A stretch of 64,000 nt of DNA. It comes from Eledone cirrhosa. Its lineage: Eukaryota. The DNA lies in the NCBI GenBank assembly GCA_964016885.1, contig OZ024751.1:47554001-47618000 (forward strand), in the 5' to 3' direction. Under the pieces are notes generated by a model. It was not told where the DNA came from and searched no databases. It saw only the letters and a program-made list of their open reading frames with translations. A program made the translations under genes and the position numbers. This document shows, in pieces, positions 37,730 through 54,038 of the stretch. Position 1 is the first letter of the stretch. Every line of letters begins with the position of its first letter.

Positions 37730-38041
37730 GGCAATGGATTGACAGTAATGGTAGAGCTTCGGACAAGATGCTGTGTGACATATAGTTATGTCCCTTTGCG
37801 TTCTATGTTCAAATCCTGCCGAGGTGAAATTTACCTTTCAACCTTTCGAGGCCCTTTGTCTCTCTGTTGTTTCTTTCTCTGGAAGAAATTGGTAGTGTTC
37901 TGACCAGGTTTAAATTAATAGAGGGACGCAGTGTGTATTGATGGCACCATCAGGAGTTAACTGCCCTTGACCTGTTATTATCAAATCATTAAGAACCTAT
38001 AGAATTTCGAATGTGTTCAATGATACGGAAGACAGATATCT

Positions 38042-38082
<41 letters not shown>

Positions 38083-40880
38083 TTATTGATGACGCTGATG
38101 ATGATAATGTTGATAATGATGATGATGTTGATGACGATGATGGTTTTGTTGTTATTGACGACGACGACGATGATGAGAATGTTATTGATGATGATGATGA
38201 TAAGGTTGATGATGATGATGATGATGATGACGATGAGGACGATAATTCAGTAGCAGCAGCAGTAGTAGCAGTAGCAGCAACAGATGATGTGGAACTAATT
38301 AAGGATAGTGATACTGAAGAGGAAGGAGATGGGGGAGGAACCCTTTTATGATTTCCTTCATCTTGAACCTTGAAGGTTTATTTAGTACAGAAGCTGATGA
38401 ACAGTTAGACTTGGCAGGAATTTAATGAAGTTCTCTGTTTGATACCTTTAAAGCTCAGCTCAAATTACTAATTCACATTTGTATGCAGAAAGAAAGCTTA
38501 TGAATTCATTTTCATTCATCGTAATTTATAATTTTCGTTTTAATATTCATAACATTAAACGATGCACAAAATACCATTGCAGTATTTGGGTAAATTGTTC
38601 TGTCTTTTTACTACATCATTAGAAACACACAATGGGCGGTGGCTAGGCAGAATCGGTAGAGCGCCGGTCAACATGCTTTGCAGCATAGAGTTACGCCTTT
38701 TTTTACGTTCTGAGTTCAAATCTCCGCTGAAGTCAGCTTTGCCGTTTCATCTTCACGGTGTCGATAAAATAAAGTACCAGTAATGGACTGGGGTAGATTT
38801 AATCGATTTTCCTTCTCGCATCTGTATCTCCTCCCCCCACCCTGCAAAAATTGTTGACCTTGCGCCCTAAATCAGAATTGGCAGTATCGGTAGAGGGTTG
38901 GACGCCATGCTTTCTAGCATAGTTACGTCCCTTTACAGTCTGAGTTCAAATCCCGCCGAGGTTAACTTTCATCCTTACGGGGTCGATAAAATAAAGTACC
39001 AGTAATGTACTGGGTAATTGTTGGCCTTGTGCCTAAAGTAGAAACAATTATTAGAAACCATTGTTGTTGTTGTTGCTGCTACCGGTGCTTTTGATGGTGA
39101 TGATGATAATGATGACGACGGTGATGGTAATGATGATGATGGTGACGATTATAATGACGATGATGATGATGATAATGACGATGATGGAGATGATGGTAAT
39201 GATGAAAATGACAATGATGATGATGGTGATGGTGATGATGGTGATGGTGATACTGATGGTGACGATGATGATGGTAGGTCGGCGGATTGACAGAATCTTT
39301 TGAGCGCCGGATAAAATGCTTTACAGCCTTTTTTAACATACTGAGTTCAAATCCTGCGAAGATAAACTTTGATTTTCATCCTTCCGGCAGGGGAGGTAAT
39401 AAAATATAAATACCAGTAACACAATGGGGTTGGTCTAATCAACTTAACTCTCTCCCCACTAGATTTGTTTGCCTTCTGCTTAAATTAAAAATTATTGAAT
39501 ATTAATAGCTCTAAAAGTTATAAATAATTAATCAGATGGTTTACTGCGATGAGTTTCACTTCATTAAGAGGACGTCTATGACGTATAATTAATTATTTAT
39601 AGGGGCCACGGAGCTATATCTACTTAGTATGACGTTTATTTTGATGTCTATTCTAGATGATTACTGGTATTATCATAATTGTTTCTACTTTAGGCACAAG
39701 GCCAGCAATTACCCAGTGCATTATCATAATAATACATTGACAGTGGATTGGCAGTATTCGGTAGAGCGTCGGACAACATGCTTTGCAAAATATAAATACG
39801 TACTTTTATGTTCTGAGTTCAAATCCCACCGAGGTCAGTTTTGTCTTTCATCCTTACCTGGTCGATAAAATAAAGTACCAGTAACGCACTGGGGTCGATT
39901 TAAACATCCCAACCCCCTCTAAAAATGTTGGCCTTGTGTCTAAATCAGAAATTATTATTGCAGTAGGAATAAAGATTACGTCTCTTTATGTTCTGAGTTC
40001 AAATCCGGCATAGGTTAGCTTTGCCTTTCACCTAATTGCTGGCCTTGAGCCTAAATCAGAAACCACTATTACATTAAACCATTGAGAGAGCATTAGTTGA
40101 ATTGGTAGAGCGTCGGACAAATTGAGTCTCAGTATTATTATTATTTTTTTTTGTTTTGTTAGGGCGGTCGATTGGCAGTATCGGTAGAGCTTCGGATACC
40201 ATGCTTTGCAGCATAGAGTTATGGCCCTGTATGATCTGAGTTCAAATCCCGCCGAGGTTAATTTTTCCTTTCATCCTTACGGGGTCGATGAAATAAAGTA
40301 CCAGTAATGCACTGGGATCGATTTAATCAACTTTCTCCTTCCCTCAAAATTGCCGGCCTTGTGCCTATACCAGAAACCATTATTATTTGTTTGCTCTTTA
40401 CATTCTAAGTTCAAATTCCGCTGATGTCAACTTTTCCTTTTATATTTCAGGAGTCCAAAAGTTAAAGTACCAGTCAAATACTTGGGTCTTATGATAGACA
40501 TTATTATTACCGAGGGCGGTGGATTGGCAGTATCGGTAGAGGGTAGGACGCCATGCTTTGCAGCATAGAGTTACGTCCCTTTATGGTGTGGGTTCAAATC
40601 CCGCCGAGGTTAACTTTGCCTTTCATCCTGACAGGGTCGATAAAATAAAGTACCAGTAATACACTGGTATAATTGCTGGCCTTGGACCAAAAGGAGAAAC
40701 AATTATTATTACCGAGGTCAACTTTACCTTTCACCCTTCTGGGATCGATAAAATACCAGTCAAATAAAATACCAGTCAAATAAAATACCAGTCAAATAAT
40801 CTGGGGGTTGGGGAAGGTCAATTTAATTGAATTCTCCTCCCCTCAAAATTGCTGTCTTTGTGCCTCAGTTAGAAACCAAT
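37730..40880 (+). mobile_element. Cluster of at least 10 full or partial tRNA-derived SINEs with (GAT)n tracts
   Basis: Heads or bodies at ~37730, 38633, 38878, 39277, 39744, 39975, 40090, 40161, 40395, 40514 and 40712; one inverted fragment at 39678-39722. Confidence 0.85.
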
Positions 40881-40896
40881 CTTACAGTAATTCATT

Positions 40897-40941
<45 letters not shown>

Positions 40942-40945
40942 GAAT

Positions 40946-40979
<34 letters not shown>

Positions 40980-41356
40980 ATGAGATAGAGAGAGAGAGAA
41001 TGAGAGAGAAGTTCCAATCGATAGGTTACAGCTATGTTAGGTTAGTAGTAGAAAAATAGTTTTATTGGTGTAAGAGAAAAAAAAGTTTAGGGATGCCTGA
41101 CAACAACACAGGCAGAATGGTATGGAGGACAGATAATGTGAAATAACTAGGGTGATAGAGAATGAGAGGTGGAGATAGAGAGAGAGAGACTAGTGGAGAG
41201 GAAGACAAATTAATAGAGGAGAGAGAGAGGGGGAGAGGGGGAGAGAGAAGTTGGTAGAAAAGAGATAGAGAGAGCGAAACAGAGAATTTTGTCGAGATAT
41301 AGAGGGAGAGAAAGGTAAATTGATCGAGAAGAGAGCTCGACAAGTTGTTAGGAGAG

Positions 41357-41409
<53 letters not shown>

Positions 41410-41526
41410 AGAAGTTGGTAGAAAAGAGATAGAGAGAGCGAAACAGAGAGAATCTTGTCGAGATGTAGAGGGAGAGAAAGGTAAATTGACTGCGAAGAGA
41501 GCTCGACAAGTTGTTAGGAGAGACAC

Positions 41527-41608
<82 letters not shown>

Positions 41609-41947
41609 ATCAAATGAGTAGAGATGAGAGAAAGAAACTAGTCGAGATATAGAAGAAGTGAATGACAAATTGATAGAAAACACAGAGAGAGAGAGAGAGA
41701 CAGAGAGAGGGGGGGGGGGAGAAATTGGTAGAGATGAGAGAAAGAGAGAGAGAGTAGTTGGTAGGGATGAGAGAAAGAGAGAGAGAGACAAGTTGGTAGA
41801 GATGAGAGAAAGAAACTGGTCGAGACATAGAGGAAGTGAAAGAGGAAGTGATAGAGAACGGAGACAGAGACAAGGGAGAGCAATGTGTGTAAAGAAATGG
41901 GTATGATGGACAAATAAATGAATAAATAGATAAAGGAATAGGATAGG

Positions 41948-41997
41948 ATGGCAAGTGAAACTTAAGGGCAACATGTATCAATCATTATATATATATA

Positions 41998-42090
<93 letters not shown>

Positions 42091-42122
42091 ATGATTGATA
42101 CATGTTGCCCTTAAGTTTCATT

Positions 42123-42128
<6 letters not shown>
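41948..42128. repeat. ~45-bp inverted repeat enclosing a (TA)n tract
   Basis: ATGGCAAGTGAAACTTAAGGGCAACATGTATCAATCATTAT versus ATAATGATTGATACATGTTGCCCTTAAGTTTCATTTGCCAT. Confidence 0.85.
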
Positions 42129-42171
<43 letters not shown>

Positions 42172-42180
42172 ATATTATCT

Positions 42181-42275
42181 ATATATTATGCATACTCCAG
42201 TCCTACAAACTGTAGAGTGCTTCTTATCCGATATCTGCATTGCTTTATTGTACTACAATAAAACTCACCTCCTAC

Positions 42276-42278
<3 letters not shown>
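42181..42278 (+). mobile_element. Solo tail of fold-back family D
   Basis: Reverse complement of ~51892-51985; ends CTCACCTCCTAC then TA repeats. Confidence 0.85.
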
Positions 42279-42341
<63 letters not shown>

Positions 42342-42355
42342 ATATATATATATAA

Positions 42356-42395
<40 letters not shown>

Positions 42396-42461
42396 GGTAT
42401 ATTACCATATATACTGTAAAAACATTCATGTATACATCGCTATTTCAGAACACCAATCCTA

Positions 42462-42539
<78 letters not shown>

Positions 42540-42664
42540 GGAAAGTGATTTAATGTGAAATATGTGAGGGGATTTAGCAAAATTGTGTTTGGTATATGTC
42601 AGAGATCACACTGAAAGGAGTTTTACAGGAATCGAACAAATAATTCGAAATAGCAAACTGCTAC

Positions 42665-42810
<146 letters not shown>

Positions 42811-42815
42811 ACATA

Positions 42816-42847
<32 letters not shown>

Positions 42848-42848
42848 C

Positions 42849-42923
<75 letters not shown>

Positions 42924-43031
42924 ACTGTCAATTGATATAATCTGAAAGCTTATATCAATTGACAGTGAGTGGTTATTGTATACACACATACAAATGCACA
43001 CTCGCATACATAACATATACATATTATATGT

Positions 43032-43222
<191 letters not shown>

Positions 43223-43367
43223 CTTACAAATACACACACGCTGCACACACCGTTACACACACTTGTGTGTGTATATACATATATATACACGTGTGTGTAA
43301 CGTGTGTGTATACAATAAGCACTCTCCATTGATATAAGCTTGCAGCATATATATATATATTACATAC

Positions 43368-43477
<110 letters not shown>

Positions 43478-43498
43478 ACATACATATATATATATACA

Positions 43499-43538
<40 letters not shown>

Positions 43539-43564
43539 CATTCATATACAGTATATATACATAC

Positions 43565-43595
<31 letters not shown>

Positions 43596-43626
43596 CATAT
43601 GTATATATATATATATATATATATAC

Positions 43627-43715
<89 letters not shown>

Positions 43716-43807
43716 TATGTATATATATATATGTATGTATATATATATATATATATATATATGCTGCAAGCTTATATCAATTGAGAGTGCTTATTGTATA
43801 CACACAC

Positions 43808-43900
<93 letters not shown>

Positions 43901-44189
43901 GAGAGAGAGTGATAGAGGAGTGTATATATTTCTGATGACTGATGGCCAGTGTGTATAGGAATTATAGAGAATATTTCACTGAATATTCCATGCACTCTTC
44001 ATCAAGGGATAATGTTTATACCGTTTCTGCCATCGTCAAACGACCTAAACATTTTACATAAAGAAAATGTGCCGAGACATGCATACATAATTTCATGATT
44101 CTCGCTCTCTCACTCTTAACCATGTCCATATCACGCCATGGTAGTGTTAAATATATATATGCATGTATATATATATATATATATCTATA

Positions 44190-44386
44190 TATAACAAAGG
44201 AATTGTGGTAAGGGACCAGATAGACCATAACGCACCAGAGTACTCAATACTTAGGGTAGTAGAGTGGGAAATAGGAAAAAAGTATGACCCCGACGGCAGA
44301 GCTAAAGCCGTTTCGACGGCTATTTCAGTCCAGAAATACCCGTCGAAACGGCTTGAGCTCTGCCGTCGGGGTCATACTTTTTCCTA
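44190..44386. mobile_element. Fold-back family B copy
   Basis: Palindrome ~44272-44386 plus the tail shared with 29010-29100. Confidence 0.8.
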
Positions 44387-44420
44387 TATATATATATATG
44401 TGTGTGTGTGTATGTATACG

Positions 44421-44451
<31 letters not shown>

Positions 44452-44498
44452 GCATATGTATATGTACATATATGTATATATATATGTATATGCATATG

Positions 44499-44529
<31 letters not shown>

Positions 44530-44718
44530 GTATATGTATATGTATATATATATATGTAAATGTATATGTATATATATATATATATATACATTTATATATA
44601 TGTATATATATTTATATATATTTATATATATTTATATATATTTATATATATTAATATATATATTAATATGTTTATTTATATATATATTAATATGTTTATA
44701 TATATATATATTTATAAG

Positions 44719-44801
<83 letters not shown>

Positions 44802-45481
44802 GTGTCTTTGTAGAAATATATATGCACATATACAAATATACAAACATAACAGGGGCGGTTGAAGCATTTCTGAAATGGGTGTAGTGCAAATTTGGACTAT
44901 TTTAGTTGTAGTGATTAGTTTAGTTCTTTGCTCTTAGTCGATATGCGATAAAAGAACTTGTACATAAATGGTAGCGCATACCTCCTCTCTGTAGCAACTA
45001 AAACCAAACTCTACCCCTCTCTATATCTACCACGACACCGCCTCTCTTATCCCACTCTCTATAAATATGTACACTTATTTCTCCAAATCTCCCTCTGTAT
45101 ATCAATCACCCCTAAACTCTCCCCTTCTCTATATCTACTACATGACACTCTCTTCCAATCCCCCTCTCTATATCAATTAACAACAAACTCTCCCCCTCTC
45201 TATATCTATATCTATCTCTCCCATCTGTCTCTACACAACATGTACATAAATTGTAGCGTATATGCAAATGGATGTGTGTTTTGGTATTTTGAGGAGAAAC
45301 ATATAATTATTGGGGGTGCGATTGTCGGCCTTGGAGCCCACAGTTCCACTGCCCCTGCACACACACACACACACACACACATACACACACACATATATAT
45401 ATATCTACGTATATATTTGTAAATTTTTATATACGCAGATGCACGTGTCCACGTGTATATATATATATATATATACACACA

Positions 45482-45525
<44 letters not shown>

Positions 45526-45872
45526 ACAGTCAATTTCGGTATACGTTTACATGTATAGTTACATAGCTATTTTTTTTTTTTTTACATTTTGGTATTGGAG
45601 ACCTCATTTTTCCTGTATCTGGAATTTTGATTTTTATCCGCTTAACGAGACTGAGACTTGAGCTAAGCTCCCAGCCTACAGATATCTGATTTTAGACAAT
45701 TTAAAGTCACAGACACACACACACACGCACACACGCACACACACACACACTCTCTCATACACACCCATTCACACTCACTCTCTCACATACACACACACAC
45801 AGACAAACACACACACATACAGACACACACACACACACTTACTCTCACTCACACACATATATACATACATAT

Positions 45873-45926
<54 letters not shown>

Positions 45927-46122
45927 AATTTAACGTGTCTGAAAATGTCAGACAAGATTAATATAAGTGTACTCAATACATGGTGTGTATAGTTTCAAAA
46001 TATATTTAGCAGAGAGAATAGTTGCAAATCGATTTGATTTTAATGGAAATTTAGCAAAATGGCAGAATCAATTTATTTAACATTTCTGTATTAGACTATA
46101 TCACAAATACATACATATATAT

Positions 46123-46208
<86 letters not shown>

Positions 46209-46309
46209 GTATGTGTGTGTGTACCTATATATATATATATTGAGGGAGGGGGTGACACAAAATGGCCGACTGAACAAACACGTTTTATTCTAAAAAATAA
46301 ATTTCTTTT

Positions 46310-46356
<47 letters not shown>

Positions 46357-46696
46357 CTTCATTATTTTTCTACTTCTTTCATTTCTCATTCTATTCTTTG
46401 ATGAATGACTAATGTCCAAAACGTTAAGACTCTCTTTCTGCTATATAAAGCGTTAAAGCAATATATTTCTTCATCGTACTGTTTTGTTTCCTATTTACGT
46501 TTCGCGCATATATATATATCCAGAGAAAGAGAGAGTGAGAGAGAGTGAGGGGGGAGGGTCTGCAGTTCTGAGACCGGAAAGACCACTAATCATGTGAGTA
46601 CTCAATTCATGAGGTGATGCAGAGAGGGTAAACAGATTTGTAAAATCCCGAACACAGCGTCAAGTGGTCGGGATTTTACATATTTCTCTCTCTATA

Positions 46697-47086
<390 letters not shown>

Positions 47087-47627
47087 TGTATATTTATGTT
47101 TATATATATACATATATTTATGTATATAAATCCATATAAATATATATATTTATGTTTATATATATATATATCCATATATATATATATATACATATATCTA
47201 TGTATATACATCCATATAAATATATATATTTATGTTTATATATATATATATACATATATTTATGTATATAAATCCATATAAATATATTTATTTCCGTTTA
47301 TATATATATATATATATATTTATGTATATACATATAAATATATATATATATTTATGTTTAAATATATATATATATATATATATAAATACATACATAAATA
47401 AACACACACGCGCACACACACATGTACTACTATGTACATACATTCACACGTTCCTATACTTATATCGGTGTTCATATTTCCTGCTGTAGAATCTGCATAT
47501 ATTTCTGTAATAGATTGTGTAACATGCTGGTGCCTGAGTGTATTATCGATCGTATGTCTACACTGTGATAATAATGTGAGTTAAATAATCGCTAAAGAAA
47601 TATCATTGTGATAATTCTTATCACACC

Positions 47628-48320
47628 ATAGTGACTATAGTTATTACGCTGTAGTATCCCAATAGTGACCGTATTTATCACACTATGGTGACACAATAGT
47701 GACTTATCTATCACACTGTAGTATCCCAATAGTGACTATATTTATCACACTTTGTTGACACAATAGTGACTATAGTTATTACACTGTAGTATCCCAATAG
47801 TGACTATATTTATCACACTTTGTTGACACAATAGTGACTGTAGTTATTACACTGTAGTATCCCAATAATGACTATATTTATCACACTGTAGTATCAAAAT
47901 AGTGACTATATTTATCACACTAGTATCAAAATAGTCATTATATTTATGACACTGTAGTATCAAAATAGTGACTATATTTATCACACTGTAGTATCAAAAT
48001 AGTGACTATATTTATCACACTGTAGTATCAAAATAGTGACTATATTTATCACACTGTAGTATCAAAATAGTGACTATATTTATCACACTGTAGTATCAAA
48101 ATAGTGACTATATTTATCACACTGTAGTATCAAAATAGTGACTATATTTATCACACTGTAGTATCAAAATAGTGACTATATTTATCACACTGTAGTATCA
48201 AAATAGTGACTATATTTATCACATTGTAGCGACACAGTTGTGACTATATTTATAACGTTGTAGTATTACAAAAATGACTATATTTATCATAACATAATGA
48301 CATAATAGTGACAATTATAT
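47628..48320. repeat. 34-bp minisatellite, ~20 copies
   Basis: Unit TGTAGTATCAAAATAGTGACTATATTTATCACAC; homogeneous in the distal core and degenerate at the edges. Confidence 0.95.
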
Positions 48321-48744
48321 CACCGTGATTTGTGAGTCACACTATCGTCACGTGGTGGACACACGCATGGCTGAGTGATATATACACACATATACATACA
48401 TAAATACATACATATATACATACTCATATACATAGCTACATAATACATACATACATAAATATATATATACATATATACATATATATATTTACACACATAT
48501 GCATAATTGCAGTCACATATATGTTTATATACACATATACAAACCTGTGTGGGTGTATATAATGCAAAAGAATGTCAATTCTTCCCCTCCCTGACACTTG
48601 CAGCTATATAGCCACCCCCTCATCCCATAACTCTTTTTCCTCATTTCCTTTGTTTTTTCTCTCCATTCTTTTCTTAGTTATACGAACATTGCCTTGGTTC
48701 ATATAATCACACATCCACATAAACATATATACACGTAAGTCACA

Positions 48745-48781
<37 letters not shown>

Positions 48782-48837
48782 TCATATATATATATATACT
48801 TATATATATCATATATATATATATACTTATATATATA

Positions 48838-48886
<49 letters not shown>

Positions 48887-48910
48887 TATATATATATACT
48901 TATATATATA

Positions 48911-48975
<65 letters not shown>

Positions 48976-49023
48976 GTATATATATATGAGTATATATATA
49001 TGAGTATATATATATATATATGA

Positions 49024-49056
<33 letters not shown>

Positions 49057-49109
49057 TATATATATATATAAGTATATATATATGAGTATATATATATATA
49101 TATATATAC

Positions 49110-49150
<41 letters not shown>

Positions 49151-49257
49151 TATATATATATATGAGTGTATATATATATTATACATACTTATATATATAT
49201 ATCATATTTATATATATATATATAAGTATATATATATATATATGACTATAAATATAT

Positions 49258-49320
<63 letters not shown>

Positions 49321-49396
49321 TATATATATATATATACATATATACATATATACTCATATATATATAAACATATTAATATTCATACATATATTAATA

Positions 49397-49435
<39 letters not shown>

Positions 49436-50049
49436 AGCCAAGGAGATGGGAGCTTTGTTTCTTTGATGTCCAAGTGCCTGGGAGAAAAGATAAGTTAGGA
49501 AGAAAAATAGTAAAGCAAAGCTCTTCAACTCTGCTTAAGTGTGTGTGTGTGTGTGTGCTTAAGAGTTTGTTTGTGTGTGTGTGTGTGTGCGTGCTTAAGA
49601 GTTTGTTTGTGTGTGTGTGTGTAGGTGGGTCAATGTGTGAATATATGATTGTAATGTGTGTGTTGGCAGATCTGTGTATGTATTCTTATTCTTGTGTACG
49701 TACGTGTGTATGTATGTGTTTGTGTCTATGTATGTATTTACATATATGGAGAATGGTTTATCTTTGAAGAATGACTGTGTTTACGTTCGATGATATTTTT
49801 ATTAAGAACCTTTTATATTTCGTTATTAGTTCTTTGTTTGGTTTGGAACAATAGCCTCTTCTAAATTAACTAATCGATGAATGCTTCGAAACCTCGTTCC
49901 CATCTTCAAAATATGGTGTTTTTCGTGTGTTATACAATGGCCGCAAAGTATTCTACAAGCAGCATCAAAATAGCTGAAACCTTGCGCTTATGTATGAAAG
50001 CAACGTCATTACTTGGTTAACAACAACAGCAACAACGAGAATAATAGTT

Positions 50050-50254
50050 ATGGTTTATGATTCAGGCACAAGGCCAACAAGGAAGGAAAGGCGGGGGTGG
50101 GGGGCATTCGATTAAATTCGATTACTGGTACTTTATTTTATCAACCACGTAAGGTTGAAAAGAAAATCTAACCTCGGAGGTATGAGAAGAAGAAGAAGAA
50201 GAAGAAGGAGGAGGAGGGAGGAGGAGGAGGAGGAGGAGGAGGAGGAGGAGGAGG

Positions 50255-50294
<40 letters not shown>

Positions 50295-50710
50295 GAAGAA
50301 GAAGAAGAAGAAAAAGAAGAAGAAAGAGAAGAAGAAGAAGAAGAAGAAGAAGAAGAAAAAGAAGAAGAAAGAGAAGAAGAAGAAGAAAGAAAAGAATAAT
50401 AATAATAATAATAATAAGAAGAAGAAGAAGAAGACGAAAAAGAAGAAGAAGAAGAAGAAGAAGAAGAAGAAGAAGAAAGAAAAGAAGAAGAAAGAAAAGA
50501 AGAAGAAGAAGAAGAAGAAGAAGAAGAAGAAGAAAAAGAAGAAGAAGAAGAAGAAGAAGAAGAAAAAGAAGAAAGAGAAGAAGAAGAAGAAGAAGAAGAA
50601 GAAGAAGAAGAAGAAAAGAGAAGAAGAAGAAGAAAAACAAGAAAGAGAAAAAAGAAGAAGAAGAAGAAGAAGAAGAAGAAGAAGAAGAAGAAGAAGAAGA
50701 AGAAGAATTT
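50050..50710 (-). repeat. SINE fragment (50050-50180, minus) followed by a long (AAG)/(GAG)/(AAT) trinucleotide tract
   Basis: Direct reading; the same SINE-fragment/(AAG)n junction occurs at 31365-31570. Confidence 0.8.
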
Positions 50711-51741
50711 AAAGTAGATATAACTTAGGCTTAAATTTATAAGCTTTGGATTTTTTTAATTCTATTTCTTCCTACACAGAAAGCAACTCCATCGATTGCA
50801 TTTACATATTTAAAAGTTAAATTCTTCAAGATACATTATATATACTCTACATGTAGAGTAAATTGAGAGGAAATTGAAGCTGTTAACAGGAATGGTGATG
50901 CGATCAGGCTATGGGTTATAGTAATTGAACTGCACAAAAGATGGTGGCTTGATTCTCACCAAGTAAACCTCAACAATTTGAATAGATATCTTTGAATAGA
51001 GATCTTTGTTGAAAATCATTTAAAGTAAGAAAACAAATTTATTAGTGAACGGAAATAGCTGTATAGAATAATGAATGAAGTGTTAAGAAAGAGGGGGGTG
51101 GGGAGTGTGTGTGGGGGGGAGGGGGGGGGATAATAAGCAAGGAGAGAAAAGAGAGATTAGAATGAGTGGAAAAAGAAAAACTAAATAATGAAACGCAGGG
51201 ATGGGAAGCGTTAAACCCGTATCACTTGCCCGAATGGTTTATCTCAGCTACAGCCCAAAATTTTATTAAGAGAGGTCCAGCATTTCTTCTTCTTCTTCTT
51301 CGCACGCTAGAGAGAGATGGGGAGGAGAGAAAGGGGGGAGAGAGGGGGAGGAGAGAAGGGGACAAGAGAAGGGGATGGGAGAGGGGGTGGAGAGAAGGGG
51401 ATGAGAGAAGGGGACAAGAGAAGGAGAGAGGGGTGGAGAGAAGGGGATGAGAGAAGGGGAGAAGAGAAGAGGAGGGGTGAGGGGGTGGAGAGAGGGGGAG
51501 GAGAAGTAGAGGGTGAGAGAGGGGGTGAATTAAAGAGGAATGAGGAACAGGTTTATATGGAAATGGCAATTTACTTATCAACCTCGAAAGGATAAATGGT
51601 AAAGTTGAACCCGGTGAGATTTGAATCTAGAGAGCAGGCAGCCCCGGAAAGAATAGCAGGAATCCTTATATCCAACGTTCTGACGACATTGCTACTTTGC
51701 CACCGATCGAAGCCAATACACGTCATGTGAGTCATACATAC

Positions 51742-51791
<50 letters not shown>

Positions 51792-51892
51792 GAATACATG
51801 TATAGATATTTATATATATGTATGTATATAAATATATGTATAAATAGATATTTATGTGCATGAGTATATATATATATATATATATATATATG

Positions 51893-52305
51893 TAGGAGGT
51901 GAGTTTTATTGTAGTACAATAAAGCAATGCAGATATCGGATAAGAAGCACTCTACAGTTTGTAGGACTGGAGTATACATAATATAAGATCAAAAGATGGT
52001 TAAAGGAGTTCCATGTATTTTATTATGCGCATTTCAAAAACAAACATCATCATGCAATAATATTTGTGTTTTCATCAGATAAAACAGGAGAACATGATAT
52101 GAAGGCTAAAAAACACTTGTGGCTAGTGCAGTTTTAAATCAACATATGTTGATTTAAAACTGCACTATCCACAAGTGTTTTTTAGCCTTCATATCATGTT
52201 CTCCTGTTTTATCTGATGAAAACACAAATATTATTGCATGATGATGTTTGTTTTTGAAATGCGCATAATAAAATACATGGAGCTCCTTTAACCATCTTTT
52301 GATCT

Positions 52306-52313
<8 letters not shown>
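51893..52313. mobile_element. Fold-back family D element: ~336-bp loopless palindrome plus ~85-bp tail, in (TA)n
   Basis: Palindrome 51978-52313 centred on AATCAACAT|ATGTTGATT (52145/52146), with about 2 mismatches. Confidence 0.92.
52201..52282 (+). ncRNA. Minimal type I hammerhead ribozyme, family D (mirror copy 52009-52090, minus)
   Basis: Helix I CTCC-TGT-TTTAT/ATAAAATACATGGAG; CTGATGA (52213); helix II ACAAATATTATT/GATGATGTTTGT; GAAA (52256); palindromic helix III ATGCGCAT; ATA triplet (52265-52267). Confidence 0.82.
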
Positions 52314-52355
<42 letters not shown>

Positions 52356-52454
52356 AATAGATATTTGTGTGCAGGAGTGTATATCTATATATATGTATAT
52401 AAATATATGTATAAATAGATATTTATGTTCATGAGTATATATATATACATATAC

Positions 52455-52524
<70 letters not shown>

Positions 52525-52694
52525 GCACATATATATATACAAATACGCACATACACACGTACACACACATATATATATATATATATATATGGGTCGGTGC
52601 GTCTGGATTTCCCAAAGCTTTTGTACTCGTCAAATGTTTCAGTGTATTGTATTTGTGTTGCTCTTTTGGCAAATAAAGACTCTGTTATTGTTGG

Positions 52695-52726
<32 letters not shown>

Positions 52727-53086
52727 GATATAAACACCTTTTGTAATAAGTATTCTTATGCTAAGGTATCCAGCACCGAATGGGAAAACAAGAAAAATAT
52801 CACCAACGACTAAAACAGAAACGATGACAGAGACAAGAAGAAGACGAAGAAGAAGAAGAAGAAGAAGAAGAAGAAGAAGAAGAAGAAGAAGAAGAAGAAG
52901 AAGAAGAAGAAGAAGAAGAAGAAGAAGAAGAAGAAGAAACGGAAGAAGAAGAAATGAAGAAGAAGAAGAAGATGGAGGACGAGGAGAAGAAGAAGGAAAA
53001 GAAGAAGAAAAAAGAAAAAGAAGAAAAAGAAGAAGAAGGAGGAGAAGAAGATGAAGAAGAAGAAGAAGAAGAAGAAGAAGAAGAAG

Positions 53087-53120
<34 letters not shown>

Positions 53121-53650
53121 TCGACAACGACAGTAGCAATAACAATAACAGCATCAACAACAAGAATTACAACAACACCGTTTGTACACACAAAAAATAA
53201 ACTGTCAAAACAACAACAACCACTTCCACAGAAACAACAACAGCAGCAACAACAACAACAACAGCAACACCAATAACAACAACAGCAACAACAACAGCTT
53301 ATCCTGTACTCAGTTGTTTGGCTTAATATTTTGCACCAAAACAGACAAATGAAATACCTCAACCGTTCTATCTTCTCAGACAGAAAACATAACTTGGAAT
53401 GACCTTCACCTCCACAGATATACGTTACACATAGAGAAAATACACACACGCTCACACACACACTCACATACACACACAGGCACACACACTCACATACACA
53501 CACACTCACATACCTATGCACATTCAACCACATAGCCATACTAAATACATACATACACCAAATAAACAAAAATATATTTTTTATCAGTTTTACTTCTTTT
53601 CTAAGGCATTGTTTAACTTTTTATCGATTCTACAAAGATTCGCTTGTAAT

Positions 53651-53749
<99 letters not shown>

Positions 53750-53984
53750 GTAATAATAATAAATTTGAAGACTAAAATCCAAAGAGGGCTCGATAGAGAT
53801 AAATATATATCAAATATATAAGAACCGTAGAGCAAATTTTTATACATATATGGATATATAATAATTATAAAATAACGAGATTGGCCATACGGAATGACCA
53901 GTTCTATCCAGTGGTGAACCAACTAACCTAAATATATGTATATATATATATATGTATATATATATACATATATATATATATGTG

Positions 53985-54035
<51 letters not shown>

Positions 54036-54038
<3 letters not shown>

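Noticed and set aside
47628-48320. 34-bp array as CRISPR or coding repeat
   Set aside because: No spacers and no ORF; an ordinary minisatellite.
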